Part shown: piece by piece, positions 29,920 to 41,004 of the stretch
Position numbering within the stretch: position 1 is the stretch's first letter
Layout of the letters: the number at the start of each line of letters is the position of its first letter
DNA from: Thermoproteota archaeon
GTDB lineage: Archaea; Thermoproteota; EX4484-205; JAAOZP01
Assembly: GCA_049700215.1 (NCBI GenBank)
Contig: JBNAVT010000009.1
Span: 1 to 59,703, forward strand
Reading direction: 5' to 3'
DNA length: 59,703 nt
Notes under the pieces: model-generated
What the model was told of the DNA's origin: nothing
Seen by the model: the letters and a program-made list of their open reading frames with translations, nothing else
Databases searched by the model: none
Translations under genes and position numbers: made by a program

Positions 29920-32900
29920 TTGAACAGCATGGCTGAAGAGCTTAATAACGATGACCTTTGGATAGTTGCGGAGAACTATATTAGGAGCATCGGGCTGGCT
30001 AGGCACCACATAGATTCTTTCAACGAGTTTATCGACAAGGATATGCAGAAGATCGTGGACGAGGTTAAGAATATTGAGGTTACTGTCGAGGACAAGGTTG
30101 TCAGAATAGAGCTCGGTAAAGTATGGGTTGGCGCGCCGAGGATAGTTGAACCTAGCGGTGCCGTTAGAAACATTTACCCGATGGAGGCTAGGCTTAGAAA
30201 CTTCACGTATGCTGCTCCAATCTATCTGGAGGTTAAGGAGCTGAAGGACGGCCGGGAGCTTAGGCACGAGGTTTTAATAGGCGAGATGCCGGTAATGGTT
30301 AACTCTAGGTATTGTGCGCTCGCCGGCCTAGACCCGGTGGTCAGGGTTAAGCTCGGAGAGGACCCTTACGACCCGGGAGGCTACTTCATAATTAACGGCT
30401 CAGAAAGGGTCATAGTGGGTGTCGAGGATCTTGCTCCAAACAGGATAATTCTTGAAGAGAAGAAAATAGGGCCTTACTCCTTCTACATTGCGCGTGTTTT
30501 CTCAACAACAGTCGGCTACAGGACTAGGGTTGAAGTCAGGCTGAAGGGTCAGAACAACGAGTTGAAAGTGTATCTCCCGGGGGTTGGGCAGGAGGTTCCG
30601 TTCGTTATAATGCTGAAAGCCCTTGGAATGGGTTCCGACAGGGAGATTGCTGAACTTGTTTCACCATTCCCAGAAATACAAGAGCTTTTAGCGCCTTCTT
30701 TCGACGCTGCTCAAAACGTCTTAAGCAAGGATGACGCTGTAATGTATATTGGCAACAGGGTTGCCTACGGCCAGTCCGACAAGGTTCGCTTAAGCAAGAC
30801 TCAGAATGTTCTGGATAAGATTCTACTCCCCCACGTGGGGCTGGATGAAAACTCCAGGTATGCGAAGGCCCTCTTCCTGTGCGAGATGGCTGAAAGGGTT
30901 CTCGCGATGAAACTAGGCTGGCGTCCCCCGGATGATAAGGATCATTACAGAAATAAGAGGATTAGGCTTGCGGGAGGCCTTTTGGCAGAGCTTTTCAGGA
31001 CGGCTTTCAGAAGAATGGTCAGGGACTTCAGGTACCAGCTTGAAAAATCCAGTCTGAGGCACAGGGTTGTACATTCCTTTTCAAACCTAATCACGACAAG
31101 CCTGATAACCGACTCGATAAACCAGGCCATGGCAACCGGAAACTGGGGAAAGAGGCTGGTCGGGGTTACTCAGCTCCTGGACAGGACTAACTACCTGTCT
31201 GTCTTGAGCCATCTGCGCAGAGTCCAGTCTCCCCTTAGCAGGAGCCAGTCGAACTTTGACGCTAGGGACCTGCACCCGACGCAATGGGGTAAGCTCGACC
31301 CAAACGAGACGCCTGAGGGAGTGAACTGTGGGCTCGTTAAGAACATGAGCATAGGCGCGCAAATATCTGTTTCAGCGGATAAGTCTACTGTTGAGAAAAT
31401 CCTTTTGAAATTCGGCCTAGTAACCATTGATAAGGCTGGCCCGGATGAGCGCTCCTCGGCGGCTAAAATATTCCTGGACGGTATCCTAGTGGGCTACTCT
31501 TACTCTGGCGAGGCCCTTGTCAGAGAGATTAGGAACCTGCGGAGGAGAGGGCTGCTGCCCTCCGAGACAAACGTTGCATACTACGAGTTTAACTATGGCG
31601 GTAGAGTTGTTAAAGAGATCTATATTAATGCTGACGCTGGAAGGGTTAGAAGACCTTTAATAGTTGTGGAAGACGGCTTGGTTAAGCTTACTAGGGACCA
31701 TGTTTCTAAGCTGGCGCTGGGGAAGATAACTTTCGACGACCTTGTAAGCAACGGCATAATAGATTTTCTAGACGCTGACGAGGAGGAGAACGCTGTCATA
31801 GCAACATCCATCAGGGATGTTAGGGAGGGCACGACTCATCTAGAAATATCTCCACTCCTTATTTTCGGCGTCGTCTCAGCCTCAGTCCCGTTTGCAGAGC
31901 ACAATCATTCTCCCAGAAACACTTACGAGGCCGCTATGGCTAAGCAGGCCCTCGGGCTCCCCTTCACCAATATCAGTAACTCTTTCTACACTACTTTCCA
32001 TGTGACTACTTACCCGCAGCTTCCGCTGGTTGCTTCAAAGGTTGACAGGATCATCGGGCTGGATAAGAGGCCCATAGGCCAAAACTTTCTGGTGGCAGTA
32101 ATGTCTCACCCGTACAACATGGAGGACGCGATAGTTTTGAACGCAGCGTCAGTCCAGCGTGGGCTTGCAAGGTCGACCACATACAGGTCTTACGAGGTTG
32201 AGGCAAGGAGGTATCCAATGGGGGAGGTTGACAGAATAGAGAAGCCTGATTCTCAAGTCAGGGGCTACAGGGGTGACGAGGCATATGCGAAGATCGAGGA
32301 GGATGGGATAGTGTCTGTTGAAGCCGAGGTTAAAGGCGGGGACGTTATAGTTGGGAGATCAAGCCCGCCGAGGTTCTTCGAGGAATATAAGGAGCTTGTT
32401 TTCCAGGCTCCGGCTAGGAGGGACTCCTCAGTGGCGCTCAAGCCTTCTGAAAGCGGCTTTGTCGACAGTGTTCTAATAACTGAGGACCTTGAGAACAACA
32501 AGCTGATAAAAGTAAGGGTAAGGGACCACAGGATTCCTGAGATAGGGGATAAGTTTGCATCAAGATCAGGGCAGAAGGGTGTTGTGGGAATGCTTGTCCC
32601 GCAGTGCGACATGCCTTTCACGGAAGACGGCTTGGTTCCAGACGCGTTGATAAACCCGCATGCAATACCCTCCAGAATGACTATAAGCCACTTCCTCGAA
32701 TCCCTCTTCGGCACTGCCGCAGCCCTGGAAGGCCGGCAGATGGACGGGACAACATTCATACATGCTCCTGAGCAGGAGGTTCAGAGTATTCTTGAGGCAC
32801 ATGGTTTTTCACCATATGGGGAGTTCAACTTCATAGATGGCGTCACTGGGAAACGGTTTAAGGCGAAAGTATTCATGGGAATAGTGTATTACCAGAGGCT

Positions 32901-33282
32901 TCACCACATGGTTAAGGATAAGATGCACGCTAGGGCTAGGGGGCAGGTCCAGATGCTTACTCACCAGCCTACTGAGGGAAGGTCGAGGGGAGGAGGCTTA
33001 AGATTCGGCGAAATGGAGAGGGACTGTCTCGTGGGGCATGGTGCAGCCAGGCTACTTCAAGACAGGCTGCTTGAAGAGTCTGATAGGACGATCGTCCATG
33101 TCTGCGAAAAGTGCGGGACCTTCGCCTATTATGATGCTAGGCAGAAGAAATACGTGTGCCCGCTCTGCGAGAAGGGGAAAGACGTGAGCAGGATTGAAAT
33201 ATCATACGCATTCAAGCTTCTACTCCAAGAGTTGATGAGCCTAGGGATTTTCCCAAGGCTCAAGGTTAAGGAGAGGGTTTAA
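29920..33282 (+). CDS. rpoB: RNA polymerase subunit Rpo2 (B), unsplit
   Basis: GGYFIINGSER, ETPEG, GDKFASR.GQKG, GGLRFGEMERD. Confidence 0.98.
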   Translation: MNSMAEELNNDDLWIVAENYIRSIGLARHHIDSFNEFIDKDMQKIVDEVKNIEVTVEDKVVRIELGKVWVGAPRIVEPSGAVRNIYPMEARLRNFTYAAPIYLEVKELKDGRELRHEVLIGEMPVMVNSRYCALAGLDPVVRVKLGEDPYDPGGYFIINGSERVIVGVEDLAPNRIILEEKKIGPYSFYIARVFSTTVGYRTRVEVRLKGQNNELKVYLPGVGQEVPFVIMLKALGMGSDREIAELVSPFPEIQELLAPSFDAAQNVLSKDDAVMYIGNRVAYGQSDKVRLSKTQNVLDKILLPHVGLDENSRYAKALFLCEMAERVLAMKLGWRPPDDKDHYRNKRIRLAGGLLAELFRTAFRRMVRDFRYQLEKSSLRHRVVHSFSNLITTSLITDSINQAMATGNWGKRLVGVTQLLDRTNYLSVLSHLRRVQSPLSRSQSNFDARDLHPTQWGKLDPNETPEGVNCGLVKNMSIGAQISVSADKSTVEKILLKFGLVTIDKAGPDERSSAAKIFLDGILVGYSYSGEALVREIRNLRRRGLLPSETNVAYYEFNYGGRVVKEIYINADAGRVRRPLIVVEDGLVKLTRDHVSKLALGKITFDDLVSNGIIDFLDADEEENAVIATSIRDVREGTTHLEISPLLIFGVVSASVPFAEHNHSPRNTYEAAMAKQALGLPFTNISNSFYTTFHVTTYPQLPLVASKVDRIIGLDKRPIGQNFLVAVMSHPYNMEDAIVLNAASVQRGLARSTTYRSYEVEARRYPMGEVDRIEKPDSQVRGYRGDEAYAKIEEDGIVSVEAEVKGGDVIVGRSSPPRFFEEYKELVFQAPARRDSSVALKPSESGFVDSVLITEDLENNKLIKVRVRDHRIPEIGDKFASRSGQKGVVGMLVPQCDMPFTEDGLVPDALINPHAIPSRMTISHFLESLFGTAAALEGRQMDGTTFIHAPEQEVQSILEAHGFSPYGEFNFIDGVTGKRFKAKVFMGIVYYQRLHHMVKDKMHARARGQVQMLTHQPTEGRSRGGGLRFGEMERDCLVGHGAARLLQDRLLEESDRTIVHVCEKCGTFAYYDARQKKYVCPLCEKGKDVSRIEISYAFKLLLQELMSLGIFPRLKVKERV

Positions 33283-33283
33283 G

Positions 33284-36200
33284 ATGAGTCAAGAGGTTGA
33301 GATAAAGCAGGTTGACTCAATAAAGTTCGGAGTTCTTTCTCCAGCAGAGATCAGAAGGCTCTCTGTAATGGAGGTCACCACAGATGAGACTTACGATCAG
33401 GATGGTCTCTCCGTTCCCGGAGGAGTGATGGATACTAGGCTAGGCACGATAGAGCCTAGGCAGAGGTGCAAGACGTGTGGAAACCTTCCGGACAAGTGTC
33501 CCGGGCACTTCGGACATATTGAGCTACCGGTTCCAGTAATACACGTTTCTTTCGCAAGGGAGATAGAGAGGGTTCTCCAGTCGACGTGCAGGCAGTGCGG
33601 CAGGATCCTCCTGCCTAACGAGAGGATTAACCACTACAAGGAGAAGATAAGGGAGTTTGAGGAGAACTATGGGATTGTTCCCGACCAGATTTTCGATCAG
33701 ATAAAGGATGAGGTGAGAAGGTCAAACAGGTGTCCCCACTGCGGTGCCGACAAGTATCAGGTTAAGCTCGAACGGCCAACCAGGTTTTACGAGAGGGATC
33801 CGGACGGTGTGCTAAGGCTTTTGAACACGAGGATCATAAGGGAACGTTTAAACAGGATTCCGGACGATGACCTTAGGCTTCTAAACATTGACCCTGAGGC
33901 AGCTCATCCGGCTTGGTACGTGGTAGAGGTTCTGCCTGTGCCGCCTATCCAAGTGAGGCCCTCAATAATACTTGAAACCGGGGAGAGGTCTGAGGATGAT
34001 TTGACGCATAAGCTTGTAGACATAGTTAGGACTGCGCGCAGGATAAGGGAGTACATAGAGTCAGGCGCGTCCCCACTTATAATACAGGACCACGAGGATC
34101 TTCTGCAATACCATGTCACAACTTATTTCGACAACGAGGCTGTTGGTATTCTTCCAGCTCAACACAGGACCCGTAAAACCCTGAAAACCCTAGCCCAGAG
34201 GCTGAAAGGCAAGGAGGGACGGTTCAGGAAGAACCTTTCCGGTAAGAGGGTTGACTTCTCCGCTAGAACAGTCATATCGCCAGACCCCTATCTAAGCATA
34301 GACGAGGTCGGTGTTCCGGAGGAGATCGCTAAGATTCTCACTGTTCCAGAGAGGGTTACGTACTGGAACAGGGACTGGCTGGTTCAACTGGTTAGAAACG
34401 GGCCTTTCATACATCCTGGTTCAGAATACGTCATTAGGCCGAATGGCGCTAGGCATAAGCTTCAATTCGTCGAGAACAGGGATTCCCTCGCAGAGGCTCT
34501 CGACATAGGGTTCCTTGTTGAAAGACACCTTCTCGACGGGGACTTCGTGATCTTCAACAGGCAGCCTTCGCTACACCGTCTCTCAATGCTCGGGCACAGG
34601 GTGAAGGTTCTCCCAGGTAAAACCTTCAGGCTACATCCGAGCGTCTGCCCGCCTTACAACGCTGACTTCGACGGCGACGAGATGAACCTGCATGTCCCCC
34701 AGAGCATCGAGGCCCATGTTGAGACAAGCATGCTCCTCGGAGTTAAGAAACACTATTTGACACCCAGGTACGGTGCACCCATAATGGGTGCTATCAGGGA
34801 TTTCATAACCGGAGCCTACCTGCTTACCAGAAAGGACACTTACCTTACGAAGGAGGAGTTTGCAAGGATCGTCTACGCCGCGGGCTACGAGGGTGAGCTT
34901 CCTGAGCCAGAGGTTAAGAAACCCGTGCCACTATGGACAGGCAGACAAGCGGTCAGCCTCCTTTTCAAAGAAGATTTCAACTATGTTAACAAGACTAGCG
35001 TAGGCGGCCCGTCTAAAGACGAGGCAGAGGTAATAGTGAAAAACGGCAAACTGGTTTCTGGAGTGATAGATAAGGCGTCGATAGGCGCTGAAAAGGCTGA
35101 CACGATTCTCCACAGGATTATTAAGAAATACGGGTCTGAGGAGGGACACAGATTCATATCCTCCTTCCAGAAAATGGTTAGGGAGTTCCTGCTCCTAAGA
35201 GGATTCAGCTTCAGCTACAGGGATGTGAGCCTCCCCAAGGATGTTCAGGAACAGGTTGAGAACGAGGCTAACCAGGCTGACGTTGAAGTGAACAGTCTTC
35301 TGGAGGACTGGAGCAAGGGGAGGATTAAGAGGATACCGGGGATGAGCGAGGAGGAGAGCCTGGAAGCATACATAATGGATGCTCTCTCTAAAGTCAGGAG
35401 CAAGGTGGGTAGTCTCGTCTCCTCCTCCCTAGGGCTGGATAACAACATGGTTATAATGACTAAAACAGGTGCAAGGGGCTCAGACCTTAACGTGGGCCAG
35501 ATATCCGGATGCCTAGGCCAGCAGGCGCTCCGCGGCAAGAGGATCTTTAAAGGATATGTTAGTAGGCCTTTGCCACACTTCAGCAAGGGGGACCTCAGCC
35601 CAGTTGCCAGGGGCTTCGTAAAGTCTAACTATTACACTGGCCTGTCTCCAGTGGAACTCTTCTACCACTCCATGAGTGGGCGGGAGTCTCTAGTCGACAC
35701 CGCCGTTAGAACGCAGCAGAGCGGGTATCTTCAGCGTAGGCTCATCCACGCGCTTGAGTCACTCAGGGTTGAGTACGACGGCACTGTCAGAGACTCGTAC
35801 GGGAACATGGTTGACGTTATATATGGCGAGGACGGGGTTGACCCGTCTAAGAGCGACCACGGCAAGTCTGTCGACGCAAGGAGAATAATAGAGGAGTATG
35901 CGCTTTCAACCGTCAAAAAGGGGAAGCCGGCGGACAGGCAGACGGTTAAGAGGATCATAGAGGAGTACGGGAGGCTTCTTCCAGTCAATATTCAGAGAGA
36001 GGCTTTCCACGCGATAGTCTCCAAAGGCTTATCCAAGCAGGCTGTTAGAAACGTGGTGGAGCAGATATTGAAAGAGTATCGTCGTGCACTCGTGGAGGCT
36101 GGTGAAAGCGTTGGAGTTGTCGCTGCCCAATCTATAGGTGAGCCGGGGACGCAGATGACGCTTAGGACATTCCACTACGCCGGGGTTAGAGAGGCCAACG

Positions 36201-37123
36201 TAACCCTTGGCCTGCCCCGGCTGATAGAGCTGCTCGACGCTAGGAAAACTCCGAAAACACCCATGATGACGGTTTATCTTAAAAGCCCGTACAACAAGGA
36301 TTACAGCAGGGCTCTGAGGGTTGCAAGAAAACTCGTGTACACCACTATTGAAGACGTCGCAAGAATAAGCTTGAAAACCACGATGGCTTACGACTATCTG
36401 GTGATACATCCGGTTAAAGAATGGCTAAGCGAGAGAGGGTTGTCGGAGAAGGATGTTGAAAACGTTCTTAAGACACTGGGCTTTAAGTTCAACGTTAAGA
36501 GCGACGGGAGTTTCGAGCTGCCTATTAAAGCAGACCCGCAGAAGTTCGAGTCTAAGATTAGAAAGACGCCTGTCAGCGGGATAACTAAGGTTAAGGGAGT
36601 CCTCCTGAAGGAGGAGGGTAACGAGTACTGCATCATAACGGAGGGGAGCAACCTGGCTGAGGTTTTCAACATTCCCGAGGTGGACCATACGAGAACTATA
36701 AGCAACGATATTCACGAGATCGCGAACGTGCTGGGCATCGAGGCTGCTAGAGCCGCCTTGATAAACGAGATGTGGAAGACGCTTAACGAGCAAGGGTTGG
36801 ACGTTGACTGGAGACACCTCTCGCTTGTTGCAAGCGCCATGACGCAGGACGGGGAGATAAAGCAGATAGGCAGGCATGGTGTAAGCGGCAGGAAGCAGAG
36901 CGTGCTTGCCAAGGCTGCTTTCGAAAGGGCTGTTCAGGTTCTTGTCGAAGGAGCTGTATCGGGCGCTGAAGACAAGCTACTCGGTATGACGGAGAGGGTT
37001 CTAGCAGGTTCAGAGGTTTTCGCCGGCACAGGAATGGTTAAAGTATATGTTGATATAGGGGGCTTCTTAAGCAGGAGTGAGAACAGCGATGACGGAGAGA
37101 GTGTCGCTAAGCAGCCGACTTGA
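33284..37123 (+). CDS. rpoA: RNA polymerase subunit Rpo1, fused A'/A''
   Basis: NADFDGDEMN and AAQSIGEPGTQMTLRTFH in a single 1279-aa frame. Confidence 0.97.
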   Translation: MSQEVEIKQVDSIKFGVLSPAEIRRLSVMEVTTDETYDQDGLSVPGGVMDTRLGTIEPRQRCKTCGNLPDKCPGHFGHIELPVPVIHVSFAREIERVLQSTCRQCGRILLPNERINHYKEKIREFEENYGIVPDQIFDQIKDEVRRSNRCPHCGADKYQVKLERPTRFYERDPDGVLRLLNTRIIRERLNRIPDDDLRLLNIDPEAAHPAWYVVEVLPVPPIQVRPSIILETGERSEDDLTHKLVDIVRTARRIREYIESGASPLIIQDHEDLLQYHVTTYFDNEAVGILPAQHRTRKTLKTLAQRLKGKEGRFRKNLSGKRVDFSARTVISPDPYLSIDEVGVPEEIAKILTVPERVTYWNRDWLVQLVRNGPFIHPGSEYVIRPNGARHKLQFVENRDSLAEALDIGFLVERHLLDGDFVIFNRQPSLHRLSMLGHRVKVLPGKTFRLHPSVCPPYNADFDGDEMNLHVPQSIEAHVETSMLLGVKKHYLTPRYGAPIMGAIRDFITGAYLLTRKDTYLTKEEFARIVYAAGYEGELPEPEVKKPVPLWTGRQAVSLLFKEDFNYVNKTSVGGPSKDEAEVIVKNGKLVSGVIDKASIGAEKADTILHRIIKKYGSEEGHRFISSFQKMVREFLLLRGFSFSYRDVSLPKDVQEQVENEANQADVEVNSLLEDWSKGRIKRIPGMSEEESLEAYIMDALSKVRSKVGSLVSSSLGLDNNMVIMTKTGARGSDLNVGQISGCLGQQALRGKRIFKGYVSRPLPHFSKGDLSPVARGFVKSNYYTGLSPVELFYHSMSGRESLVDTAVRTQQSGYLQRRLIHALESLRVEYDGTVRDSYGNMVDVIYGEDGVDPSKSDHGKSVDARRIIEEYALSTVKKGKPADRQTVKRIIEEYGRLLPVNIQREAFHAIVSKGLSKQAVRNVVEQILKEYRRALVEAGESVGVVAAQSIGEPGTQMTLRTFHYAGVREANVTLGLPRLIELLDARKTPKTPMMTVYLKSPYNKDYSRALRVARKLVYTTIEDVARISLKTTMAYDYLVIHPVKEWLSERGLSEKDVENVLKTLGFKFNVKSDGSFELPIKADPQKFESKIRKTPVSGITKVKGVLLKEEGNEYCIITEGSNLAEVFNIPEVDHTRTISNDIHEIANVLGIEAARAALINEMWKTLNEQGLDVDWRHLSLVASAMTQDGEIKQIGRHGVSGRKQSVLAKAAFERAVQVLVEGAVSGAEDKLLGMTERVLAGSEVFAGTGMVKVYVDIGGFLSRSENSDDGESVAKQPT

Positions 37124-37415
37124 ACTGCTTGCTAAAACAGGCTCTTTCGTAGCCGGGTTCAACGAGGTGTACAGGCTTCTACTCCAGGGTAAGCTGGAGG
37201 GCGTAATCTATGTTTCAAGCCTTCCCCAATCATTCTTACGCAGGCTTCGGAACGCGGTAGAGCTTTCTAAAACACCCGCGATAGTTTACGAGGGCTCTCG
37301 AGTCGCGCTGGGTAAAGCGTTAAACTTAAAACACCCCGCTTCTGTTATAGGAATATTGAACCAGGGGGAGTCAGGAATACTGGAGGAAACCAAGCAGAAT
37401 GACAAGCAGGGATGA
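37077..37415 (+). CDS. rpl30e: Ribosomal protein L30e
   Basis: KTG....G, YEGSRVALG, GES.IL; operon position. Confidence 0.85.
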   Translation: MRTAMTERVSLSSRLELLAKTGSFVAGFNEVYRLLLQGKLEGVIYVSSLPQSFLRRLRNAVELSKTPAIVYEGSRVALGKALNLKHPASVIGILNQGESGILEETKQNDKQG

Positions 37416-37848
37416 AGCAAGAATAAGCTGGTCAAACCAGGAGCTGAGCTTCATAGGCTTCTTTGAGAGTGCAACCGGCACCCGAGCGATAGACTGCGTG
37501 ATGGCAAACGATGACAAAACAGTGTTCTTCCTTCTTAAGCCAGAGGATGCTGAGAGAATAAGACGCGGCTACAGGATTCTGCTCCAGCATTTTTCAAGGA
37601 GAATAGGGAGGGAAGTGCAGATAGTAGAATATCATGAGGATGTTGAAACCTTCTTGAAAAGGGCCCTCCACCCTGTTAAAGTGCTGGAAATACGGTTTGA
37701 AAACGGTGTTAAAGGAGGGAGAATGGCCTACCTGATGGTTGACGACGCGGATAAGGGTAGGGCAATAGGTAGAAACGGGTTCAGAATACAGGGAATAAGG
37801 GAAATAGCTAGGAGGCACTTCGGCCTCAGCGACGTGAAGATAAGGTAG
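37399..37848 (+). CDS. nusA: Archaeal NusA
   Basis: FESATG..AIDC, KGRAIGRNG KH motif. Confidence 0.9.
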   Translation: MTSRDEARISWSNQELSFIGFFESATGTRAIDCVMANDDKTVFFLLKPEDAERIRRGYRILLQHFSRRIGREVQIVEYHEDVETFLKRALHPVKVLEIRFENGVKGGRMAYLMVDDADKGRAIGRNGFRIQGIREIARRHFGLSDVKIR

Positions 37849-37892
37849 CAGTCGGAAACTTAATAAGACCCTGTTTCACAGCATTCTAGGGT

Positions 37893-38321
37893 TTGGGTAA
37901 AGGAGAATTCGCAGCCAGAAGCCTGATAAAAGCTCGTAGGAAGTTTAGATGGGGCTATAAGTATTACACTAAGAGGGTGCTAAGGCTGAAGGAGCTTTAC
38001 GACCCGCTTGAGGGAGCCCCCATGGCGAGGGGCGTCGTGCTCGAGAAAGTCGGGATAGCCAGCAAGCAGCCTAACAGCGCGGTCAGGAAATGCGTCAGGG
38101 TCCAGCTTATAAAGAACGGGAAAGAGATAACGGCGTTCGTGCCGAAGGACGGAGGCTTAAACTTCATAAACGAGAGGGATGAAGTAATAGTTGCAGGGAT
38201 CGGGGGCACGCTGGGCAGGTCGATGGGAGACATCCCGGGAGTAAGATATAAGGTTATAAGCGTAAACGGGGTTTCTCTAGACGCCCTTTTAAAGGGCAAG
38301 AAGCAGAAGCCGACGAGGTAA
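37893..38321 (+). CDS. rps12: Ribosomal protein S12 (uS12)
   Basis: [23 protein letters not shown]. Confidence 0.97.
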   Translation: MGKGEFAARSLIKARRKFRWGYKYYTKRVLRLKELYDPLEGAPMARGVVLEKVGIASKQPNSAVRKCVRVQLIKNGKEITAFVPKDGGLNFINERDEVIVAGIGGTLGRSMGDIPGVRYKVISVNGVSLDALLKGKKQKPTR

Positions 38322-38361
38322 GCTTTATATAAACTGTCGCAGGCCGGTTTAAACACGACTC

Positions 38362-38940
38362 TTGGCTAAGACAAGCGTAGAATGCAAGCTGTTCGACAAG
38401 TGGGACATTAGCGGGATAGAGGTTAAAGACCCGGGGCTGGCTCAAGTAGTTAGCCTAAGGCCCGTAGTCATCCCGCACTCGGGGGGGAGACATGAGAAGA
38501 GAAAATTCTGGAAGTACAGCGTAAACGTTGTTGAACGCCTGGTTAACAGGGTTGCTCAAACAGCGAGAGCAGGCGGGAGAAAAGCTAAAGCCATAAACAT
38601 TGTTAAACACGCCTTTGAAATAGTAAGCATCCAAACCGGCAGAAACCCTGTTGAAGTCTTTGTGGATGCTCTCGTAAACTCCGCGCCCAGGGAGGACACG
38701 ACCAGAGTCAGCTACGGTGGAATAGTCTACTACCAGTCCGTAGACATCTCCCCGGGGAGAAGAGTAGACCTAGCGATAAGAAACATAGTGGACGGGGCGA
38801 AAAGGAAAAGCTTCAAAACAAGGAAAAGCATGGCGGAAAGCCTCGCCGAGGAAATCATAAACGCCGCCAGCAACAGCGAGGCAAGCTTCGCCGTCTCTAG
38901 AAAAACAGAACTAGAGAGGCATGCTGAAGCATCCCGATAA
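38362..38940 (+). CDS. rps7: Ribosomal protein S7 (uS7)
   Basis: LFDKW, NSAPRED, SVDISP.RRVDLA. Confidence 0.97.
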   Translation: MAKTSVECKLFDKWDISGIEVKDPGLAQVVSLRPVVIPHSGGRHEKRKFWKYSVNVVERLVNRVAQTARAGGRKAKAINIVKHAFEIVSIQTGRNPVEVFVDALVNSAPREDTTRVSYGGIVYYQSVDISPGRRVDLAIRNIVDGAKRKSFKTRKSMAESLAEEIINAASNSEASFAVSRKTELERHAEASR

Positions 38941-39020
38941 GCCCTCAACTCGTCCCGTAGAGCTCTCATGCTTCATCCACCGGCTTCAGCCTACGTGTCC
39001 TGTTGAAGAGATCCACATAC

Positions 39021-39031
39021 AGCGCGCGCTA
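39021..39031. repeat. AGCGCGCGCTA motif at the left edge of the accessory island
   Basis: About 80 bp after the rps7 stop. Confidence 0.7.
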
Positions 39032-39054
39032 CAGGAATATGACAAGCTTAGAGT

Positions 39055-39066
39055 GCGCGCGCGCTA
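39055..39066. repeat. GCGCGCGCGCTA motif (longer variant)
   Basis: Second copy about 24 bp from the first. Confidence 0.7.
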
Positions 39067-39319
39067 TAGCGGGTTACTATCAGGAGTATGCTTTTTAAGT
39101 CTTTTTTAACTGATTTGCGAGCATATCATATCTACATTTTTGCTATCCTCTAAACCGACTTGCTAATTTTCCTACGGTGCTTAATCTCCCCCCTAACCTT
39201 CCTACAAGTCTCATTGTCATGGACGCCTAATACTTCCAGCAATTTAGCAGTCGTCTCAATTCCGGTGAAATGGGTTCCAACTAATCCCCGCTTCTCTTTT
39301 TCCACCCTCCTGAGAACAT

Positions 39320-40990
39320 ATGGATACTCGCTTCAAGGAGGAGCTTGTTAAAACGATTCTGCTCAATAGCCTAACTGATGCTCAGGCTTTAGACGTGGTC
39401 AACACCCTAGCGAAGAACGTTGAATGGCTTAAGGCGTTAAGCAGCAGAAGCAGGGTTGAAGCAGCTAGAAAAATAACGGATTACGTTAAGGGGGGAGAAA
39501 CATGCGAGGAGGCTATTGAGAAAGTTAAGAGGGAGGGCGAGGAGTACGTTAAGAACGTTGAAAACGAGATAACGGAGTTTTGTTCATCAATTTCGATCTA
39601 CGATGCTCAGCTCGCAAAACAGGTTTTGGAGCTGATAAACTGCGTCAAGAAAAACCTTGGATATGATGCTGCGAAATGGCTCCTGGACGTTTTGAAGAGA
39701 GTTTACACTGAAGCCTTGGCCTCAAACATGGGAAACAGGGAAACAGCAAGCACCAAGCTTAGAAGCGTTGTCGAAAAGGCGTTCAAGTATCCTGAGAGCA
39801 TAATTCAAGGATGTGCACTAGCCTCAGCGACAGTCAGCGAGCTGAGGGAGAAAAGCATCGAGCAGGCATGGGAGCAACTCAACAGGATAATCAACTACCC
39901 CGACGGGATAATCGTGAAATGCGTTTTAAAGCAGCATAAGGACAATTTGAGGATCTGTATACCTAAGAAAAAGCTAGCCCAGTATCTAGGCAACGAACCC
40001 TGCTGGATAAAGCTTGAGGTAAAGGGAAGAACCTTCTACAAGAACTATGGACTAACGTTCGAATTCGACCTTCCTAATGATCTAGGCGAGGAAGTCGAGG
40101 TGACAATAATCAAGATCACCGTCTACGAGTTCGTCGAAACCGTACTTAGGGAGGCAAACGCACCGTTCAACGTTGCGTTCAGCTCAGGGAAATATATGCT
40201 GATCGTAAATGGAGAAGAAGTTTGCGAATTATTATTGGATAAAGACCTGCACTATGATAAGACTGGAGACTATGGCCCAGCAGTTATCTTTGCGATAATG
40301 GACTACGAGGGCAAAGAGCATTCAATCAAGCTTGTTCATAAGGAATCCAAGCAGTACCTCTGCAAGGTTATGATCAGCCAATTCAGACAGATAAAAAGCG
40401 TAGAGTACGACGAAAAGAGAAACAAGCTCATAATAGAGTATTTCACAGGGGTGAGTGAAGCATCATCGGAACATGAGATCTTTCTTGAAAGCCCCAAGAC
40501 AGCCTTAATGAGGATGGCTGAAGAAGTAAGAGACCTGCTTAATGAAGGGGTTCCGAGAGAGGATCCAAGGGTCAAGAATCAAGTTGGGAAAATTGGTCAA
40601 GATTACACAAGGTTCTATCTTGAAGAAGAGATTAGGGAGGTAGTATCGGGGGCAACCGGCATACCCAAAGAGGAGCTCAAGGTTTTCCAAGGGTATCAAA
40701 CAGAAGGACCAGATTTCTATGTTTACCATAAAACCGGGCTGGTGGCGATAGTGGAGATTAAAACCACAGCAACATCTAGCAGATATCCAAGAAAATGTCT
40801 AGACGAGGGTAGAGAGAAACTGACAAATTATTTTACTGAGGAGAGGTGGAATTATCTACGTGAAGCTAAGTTTGGCATCCACATAGCCATATACCTCAGA
40901 GACTTGGATGAGATAATTAGTACCAAGTTTAAAGAGGGAGTTGAATACACCATAGGGGACATAGTCTGGAATCCAAACTACGGATCTTAA
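39320..40990 (+). CDS. Putative polymorphic-toxin-like protein with C-terminal PD-(D/E)xK nuclease; possibly N-terminally truncated
   Basis: VGKIGQD...GPDFYVY...AIVEIKTT REase-fold motif at the C-terminus; helical N-terminus; AT-richer than core genes. Confidence 0.6.
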   Translation: MDTRFKEELVKTILLNSLTDAQALDVVNTLAKNVEWLKALSSRSRVEAARKITDYVKGGETCEEAIEKVKREGEEYVKNVENEITEFCSSISIYDAQLAKQVLELINCVKKNLGYDAAKWLLDVLKRVYTEALASNMGNRETASTKLRSVVEKAFKYPESIIQGCALASATVSELREKSIEQAWEQLNRIINYPDGIIVKCVLKQHKDNLRICIPKKKLAQYLGNEPCWIKLEVKGRTFYKNYGLTFEFDLPNDLGEEVEVTIIKITVYEFVETVLREANAPFNVAFSSGKYMLIVNGEEVCELLLDKDLHYDKTGDYGPAVIFAIMDYEGKEHSIKLVHKESKQYLCKVMISQFRQIKSVEYDEKRNKLIIEYFTGVSEASSEHEIFLESPKTALMRMAEEVRDLLNEGVPREDPRVKNQVGKIGQDYTRFYLEEEIREVVSGATGIPKEELKVFQGYQTEGPDFYVYHKTGLVAIVEIKTTATSSRYPRKCLDEGREKLTNYFTEERWNYLREAKFGIHIAIYLRDLDEIISTKFKEGVEYTIGDIVWNPNYGS

Positions 40991-41004
40991 TTAATAACTT
41001 CGTC

